Under the pieces are notes generated by a model that worked only from the letters and a program-made list of their open reading frames with translations, was not told the origin of the DNA and searched no databases. A program made the position numbers and the translations under genes. Shown in pieces: positions 52,503-62,879 of a stretch of 64,000 bases of DNA. The stretch spans positions 6,360 to 70,359 of the forward strand of contig CAZYLV010000005.1 of NCBI GenBank assembly GCA_964648865.1, written 5' to 3'. The stretch's first letter is position 1. Every line of letters begins with the position of its first letter. Origin of the DNA: an uncultured Gammaproteobacteria bacterium (GTDB lineage: Bacteria > Patescibacteriota > Patescibacteriia > 2-12-FULL-57-11).

Positions 52503-53293
52503 TCCCGTATTTCGCGTTCCACGTCATCCCGCTCGGCCCCATCGCCATCCAGGTGTGGGGCCTGTTCGTCGCGCTCGGGCTGCTCACGGCGAGCTGGCTG
52601 CTCGCGCGCATCCTCAAACGGGACGGGCATGGTCCGGAGCTGGCGTGGAACCTGGCCTTTTGGGCGATGCTCGGCGCCGTGGTCGGCGCGCGTCTCGGCC
52701 ATGTCTTCTTCTACGACTGGGATCACTTCTCCGCGGACCCGGCCGAGATCGTCGCCGTCTGGAAGGGCGGCCTCTCTTCCTTCGGCGGCTTCTTCGGCGG
52801 CGCGCTCGCAGGGCTGGCGTACTTGCGCGCCAAGAAGGCCGATCTCCTGCGCATCACGGACGCCACGCTCGCGGCGTTGCCGCTCGGCTGGGCCATCGGG
52901 CGCATCGGTTGCTTCCTCATCCACGACCATCCCGGGACGCTCACCAACTCGCCCTTCGGCGTGCAGTTCCCGGACGGCGCGCGCTTCGACCTCGGCATGA
53001 TCGACGGGCTCGTCGGCCTGCTGGTCTTCGCCGTGGTCTACCCGTTCCACCGTATCTTCGGGCGGCGCATCCCCGGGTTGACGACCGGCCTGGCGCTCCA
53101 GCTCTACGCCCTGCTGCGCTTCCTCACGGATTTCCTGCGCGCCACCGATCTGCCCAACAGCGACCCGCGGTATCTGGGCCTGACCCCGGCCCAATACGCC
53201 TGTATCGTCTTTTTCCTCATCGGCGACGTGCTCATCGTGCGGGCCGTCTTGGGCCTCAGGAAGCGCGTCTCGCCAAGCTCCGACGGCGTGTAG
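52499..53293 (+). CDS. lgt: prolipoprotein diacylglyceryl transferase
   Basis: GARLGHV, WKGGLSSFGG, AIGRIGCFL, Y...RF..DFLR. Confidence 0.88.
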   Translation: MIPYFAFHVIPLGPIAIQVWGLFVALGLLTASWLLARILKRDGHGPELAWNLAFWAMLGAVVGARLGHVFFYDWDHFSADPAEIVAVWKGGLSSFGGFFGGALAGLAYLRAKKADLLRITDATLAALPLGWAIGRIGCFLIHDHPGTLTNSPFGVQFPDGARFDLGMIDGLVGLLVFAVVYPFHRIFGRRIPGLTTGLALQLYALLRFLTDFLRATDLPNSDPRYLGLTPAQYACIVFFLIGDVLIVRAVLGLRKRVSPSSDGV

Positions 53294-53307
53294 TATCATG
53301 GGGGCGT

Positions 53308-53823
53308 ATGAAGCTCTTCGGGGAACTCGAAGGCGCCATCATGCGGACCCTCTGGGAAGGGGGAGAGATGACCGTCCGCGACGTCCATGAACGGCTGTCG
53401 GCCTCGCATGGCGTGGCCTACACCACCGTGATGACGGTCATGGCGCGGCTCGCCGCCAAGCGGATGCTCAGCCGCCGCATGGAGGACGGCGTCTACGTCT
53501 ACCGCACCCGGGAGACCGTGGACCACTTCTTCGCAGGCCTGTGCGGCAAACTGGTGGAGACCATCCGCAAGGACTACGGGGCGACCGCCGCGCAGGCCTT
53601 CGTCTCCGAGTTCGGCCGCAAGCTCAAGGCCTTCGCGGCCATGGCGCTGGTCTCGCTGGCGCTCTTCGGCGGGGTGCAGGCCTGGGCCGCGGCGTCGCCT
53701 GCCCATGAGGCCGTCTGCCGCGCCTTGGCGCTGGCCTGCGCCGATCCCGCGCCGCGCTCCATCGCCCTCGACGCGATGACCCCGGCCGAGCGGCTCTCCG
53801 TGCTGCCGCTCTCGCGTCCATGA
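53308..53823 (+). CDS. BlaI/MecI/CopY family regulator with C-terminal hydrophobic extension
   Basis: GELE.AIM..LW, TVRDV, AYTTVMTVMARL..K. Confidence 0.82.
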   Translation: MKLFGELEGAIMRTLWEGGEMTVRDVHERLSASHGVAYTTVMTVMARLAAKRMLSRRMEDGVYVYRTRETVDHFFAGLCGKLVETIRKDYGATAAQAFVSEFGRKLKAFAAMALVSLALFGGVQAWAAASPAHEAVCRALALACADPAPRSIALDAMTPAERLSVLPLSRP

Positions 53824-55328
53824 CCCCCTCCCGTCCGTACCTGTGGGTCGTGGCGTTCGTCTCCGGGATGTGCGTCATGGCCGTGGAGATGACCGCCTCA
53901 CGGCTCGTGGCGCCGTACTTCGGCACCTCGCTCTTCGTCTGGGCCAACGTCATCGGCATGATCATGGCGGCGCTGGCCGTGGGCTATTGGGCGGGCGGCA
54001 AGCTCGCCGAGCGTTCGCCCAAGGCCGAGACGCTGCTCCTCCTGCTCCTCATCGCCGCGGCGCTGGCCGGAGCCATCCCGTTCCTGGTGTCGCCGCTCTC
54101 AGGCTTCGTCGTGGCGCGCTTCATCGGCGCCGCCGGGGCGCTGCTCATCGCGCTCGGCTCTTTGCTCGTGCTCTTGGTCCTCTTCGCGTTGCCCATCCTC
54201 CTGATGGGCATGACCAGCCCGTTCCTGATCAAGCTGCTGAGCGACCATCGGGGAGCGGGGGAGACCGCCGGAGGGGTCTTCGCCCTCTCGACCATCGGCT
54301 CGCTGGTGGGCACCTTCTTGCCGGCCTTCCTGCTGGTCCCGACCATCGGCAGCCGCGCCACGGTGCTGCTCTTCGCGGGGCTGCTCTTGGCGGTGGTGCT
54401 CTTCGGCCTGCTCGGCAGGCGGTTCGGGTTCCTGGCTCTGCTTGTGCTGCTGGCCGTCCCGCCGCTGGCCGAACAGCCGGTACGCGCCGCCGAGCACACC
54501 CTGGCCGAGACCGAGAGCCCGTACCAGTACATCCAGATCATCGAGCAGGGCGGCTTCCGCCAGCTGCGCTTCAACGAGGGGCTTGCCGTCCAGAGCTTGG
54601 AGCGCGCCGACACGCCGTTCACGGGGCGCTATTGGGACACCGTCTTCCCGCTGCCCAACCTCTCGCCTGCGGAGAAGCCCAAGGTGCTCATCCTCGGGCT
54701 GGCCACCGGTGCCATCGCCCGCGGCATCATCGAGACGCGCGCACCGGGCGCGGTCCACGTCACGGGGGTCGAGATCGACGGCGCGGTGGTCGAGTACGGC
54801 CGCCGCTTCTTTTCGCTGGACCGGCTCCCGGAGGAGCAGCTCCGCGTCGTCATCGAGGACGCGCGGACGTTCCTGCGCCGCACCGACGGGACCTACGACA
54901 TGATCCTGGTCGATGCCTACGCCAACCAGCTGTACATCCCGCCGCACCTGGCCTCGCAGGAGTTCTTCGCCCTGGCCAAGGAGCGCTTGAACCCGGGCGG
55001 GATCCTCGTGGCGAATGTCAACGCGCCGCTGCGCACCTCGCCGCTGCTCACCAGCATCGTCCGGACCATCGGCACGAGCTTCCCGGAGATCGACGTCTAC
55101 CACGTCCCCAATTCCTGGAATCGGGTCATCGTGGCCTCGGACCGCGAGATCGATTGGGAGGGCGCCAAGGCGCGCGTCCCCGAGCAGCTGCAGCAGGTCT
55201 ACGACGAGACGCTCAGCGACTTGGCGGACATCGACCCCTCGCACGGCATGATCCTGACGGATGACAAGGCGCCGGTGGAACTGATGACGGATGCGATGAT
55301 TTTCGAGGCCTACCGTAGTGCGCGGTGA
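53820..55328 (+). CDS. fused membrane/spermidine synthase-like methyltransferase
   Basis: SG..M..E....R..APYFGTS, STIGSLVGTF, ESPYQ, LILGLATG, VEID, DAR.F, D.I.VDAY, LTDDKAPVE. Confidence 0.88.
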   Translation: MTPSRPYLWVVAFVSGMCVMAVEMTASRLVAPYFGTSLFVWANVIGMIMAALAVGYWAGGKLAERSPKAETLLLLLLIAAALAGAIPFLVSPLSGFVVARFIGAAGALLIALGSLLVLLVLFALPILLMGMTSPFLIKLLSDHRGAGETAGGVFALSTIGSLVGTFLPAFLLVPTIGSRATVLLFAGLLLAVVLFGLLGRRFGFLALLVLLAVPPLAEQPVRAAEHTLAETESPYQYIQIIEQGGFRQLRFNEGLAVQSLERADTPFTGRYWDTVFPLPNLSPAEKPKVLILGLATGAIARGIIETRAPGAVHVTGVEIDGAVVEYGRRFFSLDRLPEEQLRVVIEDARTFLRRTDGTYDMILVDAYANQLYIPPHLASQEFFALAKERLNPGGILVANVNAPLRTSPLLTSIVRTIGTSFPEIDVYHVPNSWNRVIVASDREIDWEGAKARVPEQLQQVYDETLSDLADIDPSHGMILTDDKAPVELMTDAMIFEAYRSAR

Positions 55329-55329
55329 T

Positions 55330-55683
55330 ATGGCGTACGACCAGACGCTGGCCGGCCGGATCCGTGATGAGCTCGAGTCCGAGCGCGGCATCACAGAGAA
55401 GGAGATGTTCGGCGGCATCGCGTTTCTCGTCGATGGCAAGATGTTCGTCGGTGTCTCCGGCGACGATCTGATGGCGCGCATCGGGCCAGAGGCCTACCCG
55501 GCGGCGCTCAAGGAAAGGCATGTCCGCGAGATGCGTTTCACGGGCAAACCGTTTGTCGGCTACGTCTTCGTCGGTCCGACGGCCATCGCGGACGAACAGG
55601 CGCTACGGCGTTGGATCGGCATGAGCTTGACCTTCGTCCGGACGGTCAAAAAGGGACCGAAGCGTCCCAGGAAGAAGGGTTGA
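55330..55683 (+). CDS. TfoX/Sxy N-terminal domain protein
   Basis: MAYD..LA.RIR, EKEMFGGIAFLVDGKM, LMARIG. Confidence 0.85.
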   Translation: MAYDQTLAGRIRDELESERGITEKEMFGGIAFLVDGKMFVGVSGDDLMARIGPEAYPAALKERHVREMRFTGKPFVGYVFVGPTAIADEQALRRWIGMSLTFVRTVKKGPKRPRKKG

Positions 55684-55734
55684 AGCGGCAGCGGTCTTTG
55701 TCATGAAAAAAGCGGGGAGGGGACGCCTCTCCGC

Positions 55735-56409
55735 TCACTCCGCGGCCTGCTGCTCCGGGAAGCGCAGCGCCGCGCGCAGCTCGCCGTAGGTCTGCACCGT
55801 CCGCGGGAAGAGCACCCGCAGGCCGCAGCTCCGGCAGAGGATGGCATCGTGCCGCGCCGTGGCGCGGACCCGATCCATGTAGCCGCTGCAGTACTTGTGC
55901 ACGCCCACGCAGGTGGTCAGCGCCTTGTCGTCCCGGGAGTGGTCCACGAACCCGCTGCCGCGCGGCGGGTACTCGCACAGCAGGTCGCCCTCGGGCGTCA
56001 GCTGCACCGGCGTGAGCGGCACGCTCCGGGCGATCTCCGCGGCGACGACGGCCCGGTACCCGCCCCGCTGCTCGCAGCCATACCGATTGGCGGGGCTGAT
56101 CACCTGCCACAGCAGGCGGTCCAGCCACGTGCTCGCCGCGTAGTCGTCCTTGCCGTCCTCGTCCAGCGCCTTGTACGGGCACAGGCCGTTGATGGCGTAG
56201 GTCTCGCCCGTGGCGCTGCCGTCCTGATCGCGGTAGCGGCCGCGGAGCCGTCCCGGCACGACCGCCGAGACCTCGAATCCTGCGGCCACCACCGTCCTCA
56301 GCAGCACGTGCACCTCGGCCTCATCCAGGGCCACGTGGCCATCCCAGCGCCGATGGTTGAGCGCCAGGTCCACGAACGCGGCGGCCACCTCTTGCGCATC
56401 GTCGGACAT
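55735..56409 (-). CDS. hypothetical protein with a possible C-terminal zinc-binding motif
   Basis: AAGGAGG SD, H..C...C-x2-C near the C-terminus, minus-strand terminator at about 55706-55735. Confidence 0.65.
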   Translation of the reverse strand: MSDDAQEVAAAFVDLALNHRRWDGHVALDEAEVHVLLRTVVAAGFEVSAVVPGRLRGRYRDQDGSATGETYAINGLCPYKALDEDGKDDYAASTWLDRLLWQVISPANRYGCEQRGGYRAVVAAEIARSVPLTPVQLTPEGDLLCEYPPRGSGFVDHSRDDKALTTCVGVHKYCSGYMDRVRATARHDAILCRSCGLRVLFPRTVQTYGELRAALRFPEQQAAE

Positions 56410-56517
56410 CGTCACCTCCTTAGGGTGGACCGTAACGCACGGTCGGGCGGCTGTCCACCCTGCACACTTGCCACGTGCTCCCGCGTCGGCTATCCTTTCC
56501 CCGCACAACCCAGCCCT

Positions 56518-56605
<88 letters not shown>

Positions 56606-56736
56606 GAAAAGGATCCGAGTGTCGGGTCCTTTTCTCGTTCAGGGATTCGAACAGAGGGGCGGCGGGGGAGAGCATCTCCCCCGTGGCGGTGCCCACGCAC
56701 CGAGGGGTGCGTGAAGCGAACGGAGTGAGCGCGTGA

Positions 56737-56760
56737 GAATCCCTCCCTCTCCGCCAGAAA
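56737..56760 (+). repeat. duplication of the tRNA-Ser 3' end (att-like)
   Basis: GAATCCCTCCCTCTCCGCCAGAAA is identical to 56586-56609. Confidence 0.85.
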
Positions 56761-56810
56761 GGACTCCGCCTCGCGGGGTCCCTTCTCGTATGATAGGCTG
56801 AAAGGGAGCT

Positions 56811-57242
56811 ATGGAGCTGGGATTCATTTATGCTGTCGGCGCGGCTGTCACCTGGGGGTTGGTCTATGCCATCGACCAGAAGATCCTCGAGGGGATCTCG
56901 CCCTTCGCGCTGCTGTTCGTCTCCTCGGTCTTCGGGGCCTTCATCATGCTGCCGTTCGTGGCCTTCGACGACGGCTCCATCAAGACCTTGCTGACTTCCG
57001 GCAAGGGGAGCCTGGCCCTGATCGTGGCGTCGGCGGCGTTGGCCACGCTAGCCAGCTTCCTGATCCTGGCCAGCATCAAGAGCCTGGACGCCGCCAGCGC
57101 CTCGATCATCGAGATCTCCTATCCGTTCTTCGTGGTGCTGTTCAGCTTCATCATCTTCCGGACGGTGCCCAACATGGCCTTCTACCTCGGGGGAGCGCTG
57201 GTCTTCCTTGGTTCGTTCATCATCATCCGCTACGCGACATGA
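56811..57242 (+). CDS. EamA/DMT family transporter (single domain)
   Basis: About five TM helices; AVTWG, ASIIEISYPFFVVLFS. Confidence 0.82.
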   Translation: MELGFIYAVGAAVTWGLVYAIDQKILEGISPFALLFVSSVFGAFIMLPFVAFDDGSIKTLLTSGKGSLALIVASAALATLASFLILASIKSLDAASASIIEISYPFFVVLFSFIIFRTVPNMAFYLGGALVFLGSFIIIRYAT

Positions 57243-57306
57243 TACCTTCCTGCCCATGAAGAAGTTCGACCTGTCCGCGCTGCGGCGGGCGTATGAAGGG
57301 AAGTAA
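57241..57306 (+). pseudogene. possible remnant C-terminus of a VOC/PhnB-family gene
   Basis: Reads DTFLPMKKFDLSALRRAYEGK*, recalling the MKKFDIA.L..AY ending of PhnB-like VOC proteins. Confidence 0.35.
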
Positions 57307-57318
57307 CCGACACGTGGT

Positions 57319-57612
57319 ATGAAGACGTCCGACCTCAAGCAGAAGCTCGAACACGGCGAGGAGGTGCTGCTCCTCGACGTCCGGGAGGCAGACGAGTTCG
57401 ACGCCGGCGACAGGATTCCAGGCGCGCGGAACATGCCGATGGGCAAGGTCTTCGTCGAGGCGGCGCAGGGGCACCTGCCCAAGGACAAGAAGATCGTGGC
57501 CATCTGCAAGACCGGCGGCCGCTGCGAGATCGTCGCCCGCGAGCTCAAGCAGAAGGGCTACGACATCGAGCATCTCGAAGGCGGCGTCGAAGGGTGGAAG
57601 AAGGAGGCGTGA
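57319..57612 (+). CDS. rhodanese-like domain protein
   Basis: LLDVRE..EF...IPGA, CKTGGR, LEGG..GW. Confidence 0.88.
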   Translation: MKTSDLKQKLEHGEEVLLLDVREADEFDAGDRIPGARNMPMGKVFVEAAQGHLPKDKKIVAICKTGGRCEIVARELKQKGYDIEHLEGGVEGWKKEA

Positions 57613-57618
57613 GGACCC

Positions 57619-57978
57619 ATGCGCGTCCGCTTCGACAACCCGGGCATGACCGGCGAGCAGCTCCTGCGCAAGGCAGGGTATGGTGAGCTGCGGGACCGCC
57701 GTTCGAGCGAGCGCTCCTGGTTCAAGCGCTTCGGTCCGGAGTTCTACCCGCGCTTCCACGCGTACGTCGAGGAGGGGGCCGACGGCCTCACCGTGAAACT
57801 GCACTTGGACCAGAAGAAGCCCACCTACGAGGGCTTTTCCGCCCACAGCGGCGAGTACGAGGGTCCGGCCGTGGAGCGCGAAGCGCAACGGTTGCGCGAC
57901 CTGGCCGCGAAGGTCGTCGCGCAACCGCCGTCGGCGCAGCCGCCCAAAGGATTGTTCGCCCGTCTCTTCGGCCTATGA
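57619..57978 (+). CDS. conserved hypothetical protein (CPR-type)
   Basis: YPRFHAY, LHLDQKKPTY..HSGEY. Confidence 0.65.
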   Translation: MRVRFDNPGMTGEQLLRKAGYGELRDRRSSERSWFKRFGPEFYPRFHAYVEEGADGLTVKLHLDQKKPTYEGFSAHSGEYEGPAVEREAQRLRDLAAKVVAQPPSAQPPKGLFARLFGL

Positions 57979-58784
57979 AGCGCCTCCTGACCCATCCGCG
58001 CCCTCATCTCGACGACATCTGCGGCATCTGGCTCATCCAGAAGTACCTGCCGGGCTGGGCGGATGCGGCCGTGGAGTTCCTTCCCGCGACGACGACGCTG
58101 CACGACGACGCGGACACGCTCATGGTCGGCATCGGCCGCGGACAGTTCGACGAGCACAAGGGCAATGTCGGCGAATCCGCGACGACCCTCGTCTGGCAGC
58201 ACATCAAGGAGACGGCCGACCTTGACGAGCTGGAAGCGGCCGCGCTCGACCTGCTCACCGAGTGGGTGCGCAGGGGCGACACCAGCGAGCACGACGCCGC
58301 CGAGATGGTGGCGCACGGGCCGTGGCTTCCGTCCGAGCAGCTCCACGCCTATTACGAGCGGCATGATAAGGACTCGCTCGCGCTCCACCGCTTCGGCGTC
58401 GAGCTGTGCGAGGACGCGCTCATCCGCTACCGCAACGCCGTGCTGCTGGAGCGCGACTGGCGGACACGCGTGGAGTTCGACACGCCCTGGGGCCGGGGTG
58501 TGGGGCTCACGACCGATGCTTCCGGCGCGGACGATTACGCCTACAGCGCCGGCTTCGTGCTGCTCGTCTACGTCCATCCCAAGAACGGCTACCGCGGATA
58601 CCGTGCCACGCCGGAGAGCGGCGTCGACCTCTCGGCGACGCACGCCTTCCTGGAGGCCAAGGACGAGGATGCGCACTGGTTCCTGCACCATTCCAAGAAG
58701 CTGCTGTTGGCGGGCTCGGACGTGGCCCCCGAGACCCCCTTGTCCCGGCTGTCCCTCGACGAGTTGATTGCCGCCATCCGCTAA
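57975..58784 (+). CDS. MYG1/DHH-like hydrolase-fold protein
   Basis: TH..PHLDD, GIG.G.FDEH, SATTLVW, WFLH.SK. Confidence 0.55.
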   Translation: MKRLLTHPRPHLDDICGIWLIQKYLPGWADAAVEFLPATTTLHDDADTLMVGIGRGQFDEHKGNVGESATTLVWQHIKETADLDELEAAALDLLTEWVRRGDTSEHDAAEMVAHGPWLPSEQLHAYYERHDKDSLALHRFGVELCEDALIRYRNAVLLERDWRTRVEFDTPWGRGVGLTTDASGADDYAYSAGFVLLVYVHPKNGYRGYRATPESGVDLSATHAFLEAKDEDAHWFLHHSKKLLLAGSDVAPETPLSRLSLDELIAAIR

Positions 58785-58842
58785 ATGCCCCTGTTGACTG
58801 ACGCGAAATGACGTGTCAGCGTACTTTTGTATTTTAGAAGTT

Positions 58843-59823
58843 ATGGATCAGGAACTCCTCGGTCGGATCAAGGCCTTCAACATTGATGCTCTTGCAAACA
58901 AGGAAAACCTTGCTTCTCTTACTTTCGATCAAAGCATCTCGCAGCTTCAACAGCTCAGGGACCTTTTCGCTAAATTCGACACCCTTCGCTACAGGAAGTT
59001 TTTTACCAAGCGAGAGATAGAGAGAGTCGATAGCCGCGCGAGGGAATTTGTAACGCGCTTCATCGATAGGCTTGAGGGTTTTTCGGTTGAGATCCCGAAC
59101 GCCAAGCAGGTACACGACGATATTCAGAACGATGTGGAGCGTTTCTGGGATGAAACATTTTCGGAACTCAGGCCACTGATGAGTGCTCTGAGACAAGAGG
59201 TTGCTCAGTCAGCAGAGGCAGTGGATGTAAGCGATCTTAAGGCCTCACTACTTGACAAGGACGAACGGTATAACACTCTTCTCCAACAGCTCGAGGACCA
59301 GCTTCATGTCCTTTCAGAAAAGGATAAGCAAATTCAGTTGCAGTCTGGAACGGTGGCGTCAAATTACCTAGCTAAGAATTTTGAAAGTCAGGCTGAAAGA
59401 CACGAGAAAGAGGCGGCGAATGCTCTTTTGGCACGAAGAGTCTATTTCGGTATCTTGATTACGCTTGCTGTCGGCAACCTTGGATACTTCTTATTCGGTG
59501 ATCGGAGCATCTTCACTACCGAATACGGATTGATTAAGTTCGCCCTCGTGACGCTACTGGCTTATGGAATGGCGCTTGCGAACAAGAAGTATCGAATTGA
59601 ACTAAACCTGGCCGCTCAGAATTGGCACAGGAGAAACGTCGCTCAAACACTGCTCGACTATTTGCGGTCTGAGCCCGACAGAACAGTCCAATCTGAGATG
59701 CTTCGCAGAGCGGCGGAGGCGATGTTCCGACATCTGAATGTCGGATTCATCTCAAGAGAGGATACAAGCGACAAATCACCGACTCACGAGTTTTTGGCCG
59801 CCTTCGTTCCCAAGGCCGGCTAG
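58843..59823 (+). CDS. low-GC coiled-coil protein with two TM helices
   Basis: Visibly AT-richer than flanks; coiled coil, two TMs, then N.HR. Confidence 0.65.
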   Translation: MDQELLGRIKAFNIDALANKENLASLTFDQSISQLQQLRDLFAKFDTLRYRKFFTKREIERVDSRAREFVTRFIDRLEGFSVEIPNAKQVHDDIQNDVERFWDETFSELRPLMSALRQEVAQSAEAVDVSDLKASLLDKDERYNTLLQQLEDQLHVLSEKDKQIQLQSGTVASNYLAKNFESQAERHEKEAANALLARRVYFGILITLAVGNLGYFLFGDRSIFTTEYGLIKFALVTLLAYGMALANKKYRIELNLAAQNWHRRNVAQTLLDYLRSEPDRTVQSEMLRRAAEAMFRHLNVGFISREDTSDKSPTHEFLAAFVPKAG

Positions 59824-59829
59824 TTTAGC

Positions 59830-61620
59830 ATGCCCGGCGAATCCGAGGAAATCAAGCGCCGACTCGACATCGTCGAGTTCATCGGCGAATACCTCCCGTT
59901 GGTCCGCGCCGGCGGGGCCAACATGAAGGCCCGGTGCCCCTTCCACAACGAGAAGACGCCGAGCTTTTACGTGTCCAAGGAGCGGCAGATGTGGCACTGC
60001 TTCGGCTGCGGGGAGGGCGGCGACGTCTTCTCCTTCCTGATGAAGCATGAGGGGCTGGAGTTCCCGGAGGCGCTCAAGCTGCTTGCCTCGCGCACCGGCG
60101 TGCAGCTCGCCCAGTGGAACCCCAAGGAGCGCAGCGAGCGCATGCGGCTCTTCGAGGTCGTGGAGTTCGCCACCAAGGTCTTCGAAAAGTATCTGCGCGA
60201 CAGCGCCAAGGCCGAGGCCGCCCGAGCGTACGTCGCCACGCGCGGCGTCTCACCGGAGATGCGGGATGCCTTCCGCCTGGGCTACGCGCCCGAGGGGTGG
60301 GATACGCTCATCACGCTGGCGGGGAAGCGCGGCATCAGCGTGGCCGAGCTCATCAAGGCCGGTCTGGCGCTCCCCAGCGATCGCGGCGGGTATGACCGTT
60401 TCCGCGACCGGTTGATGTTCCCGATCCGTGACGTCCACGGCGCCGTCGTCGGTTTCACGGCACGCACCCTCAAGGACGACCCCAACGAGCCCAAGTACAT
60501 CAACACGCCGCAGACGCCGCTCTACGACAAGTCGGCCGTGCTCTACGGGCTCGACCGCGCCAAGCAGGAGATCAAGAAGGCCGGGCGCGTGGTGGTCGTG
60601 GAGGGGAACATGGACGTCATCGCCTGCCATCAGGCCGGGTTCGCCGACACCATCGCCGTTTCGGGTACCGCGTTCACCAAGCAGCAGCTCGACCTCATCC
60701 GCCGGTTCACGACGGACATCGCCATCGCCTTCGACGCCGATGCCGCCGGGGCCCGGGCCGCGGAAAAGGGGATCGACCTGGCCGTCGCCGAGGGGTTCCA
60801 GGTGAAGGTCATCCGCGTGCCGGAGGGCGCGGGAAAGGACCCGGACGAGGTGCTCAAGAAGGATCCGGCGGTCTGGCGGCGCGCCGTGGAGCAGGCCATG
60901 CCCGTCATGGACTGGTTCTTCGCGCGTGCCTTCGACGGCGCGGACCTCCTGCGTCCCGAGATCAAGGCGGCCATCGGCAAGCAGCTCCTGCCGCGCATCG
61001 GCCGCATCCCGGACGCCATCGAGCGCACCCACTGGCTCCAGCAGCTCTCCCAGCGGCTGAACGTCCCGGAGGACGTCTTGCGCGGGCAATTGGGCGGGAA
61101 ACCGGTCGGGGCGATCCAACGTGGTCGCCCTGCGCCGGGCGGGCGCATTGGCCCGCCCCTACCGGCGGCGGCCACCAGGCCCACCCGCGACGTCATGGTG
61201 GCCGAGGAATTCCTCGGGCTGCTCGTCGCCGTGCCGGCCCGGCTGCAGGACGGCATGGCGACCGTGGCTCCGGAGATGCTGCCGGACCCCGACCTTGCCG
61301 AGCTATACAAGGCCATGATCGTGCGCTACACTGCGGGCGAGCATCCCGTACCGGACCCCCATGCCCCGGAGGTGCCCGAGACCATCGCCAAGGCGCTGGC
61401 CCGAGCCGTCCTCCGCAGGGAACGCGCGTCCGTTGAGACGCAGACCCGTCCGGACGAGGAGATGCGCCGTTACGCCGCCATCATCCGCCAGGCCCATGTC
61501 CGCTCCGAGCGCGAGCGGCTCCAGGGCCTCCTTGCCTCCGCCGAGGCCGCAGGCGACGTCGACGCCGTCCGGGAGCTGACGAGACAGTTCCAAGCCCTGA
61601 TTTCCGAAAGCCCCACCTAA
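59830..61620 (+). CDS. dnaG: DNA primase
   Basis: CPFHNEKTPSF..HCFGC zinc finger, DRFRDRLMFPI, KYINTP, VEG.MD, FDAD, KDPDE. Confidence 0.96.
   Translation: MPGESEEIKRRLDIVEFIGEYLPLVRAGGANMKARCPFHNEKTPSFYVSKERQMWHCFGCGEGGDVFSFLMKHEGLEFPEALKLLASRTGVQLAQWNPKERSERMRLFEVVEFATKVFEKYLRDSAKAEAARAYVATRGVSPEMRDAFRLGYAPEGWDTLITLAGKRGISVAELIKAGLALPSDRGGYDRFRDRLMFPIRDVHGAVVGFTARTLKDDPNEPKYINTPQTPLYDKSAVLYGLDRAKQEIKKAGRVVVVEGNMDVIACHQAGFADTIAVSGTAFTKQQLDLIRRFTTDIAIAFDADAAGARAAEKGIDLAVAEGFQVKVIRVPEGAGKDPDEVLKKDPAVWRRAVEQAMPVMDWFFARAFDGADLLRPEIKAAIGKQLLPRIGRIPDAIERTHWLQQLSQRLNVPEDVLRGQLGGKPVGAIQRGRPAPGGRIGPPLPAAATRPTRDVMVAEEFLGLLVAVPARLQDGMATVAPEMLPDPDLAELYKAMIVRYTAGEHPVPDPHAPEVPETIAKALARAVLRRERASVETQTRPDEEMRRYAAIIRQAHVRSERERLQGLLASAEAAGDVDAVRELTRQFQALISESPT
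61105..61162. repeat. GTAG-type REP doublet in frame in the dnaG linker
   Basis: GTCGGGGCGAT..GTCGCCC and GGGCGGGC..GCCCGCCCCTAC (reverse GTAGGGGCGGGC) form inverted REP halves. Confidence 0.7.
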
Positions 61621-61638
61621 GCGGGGCCTGCACGCATT

Positions 61639-62847
<1,209 letters not shown>

Positions 62848-62879
62848 TGAAGTAGGGGAAACCCTCTAAGGAAACCCGT

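Noticed and set aside
56606-59823. Genomic island or prophage integrated at tRNA-Ser
   Set aside because: The direct repeats enclose only about 130 bp, and there are no integrase or phage genes downstream.
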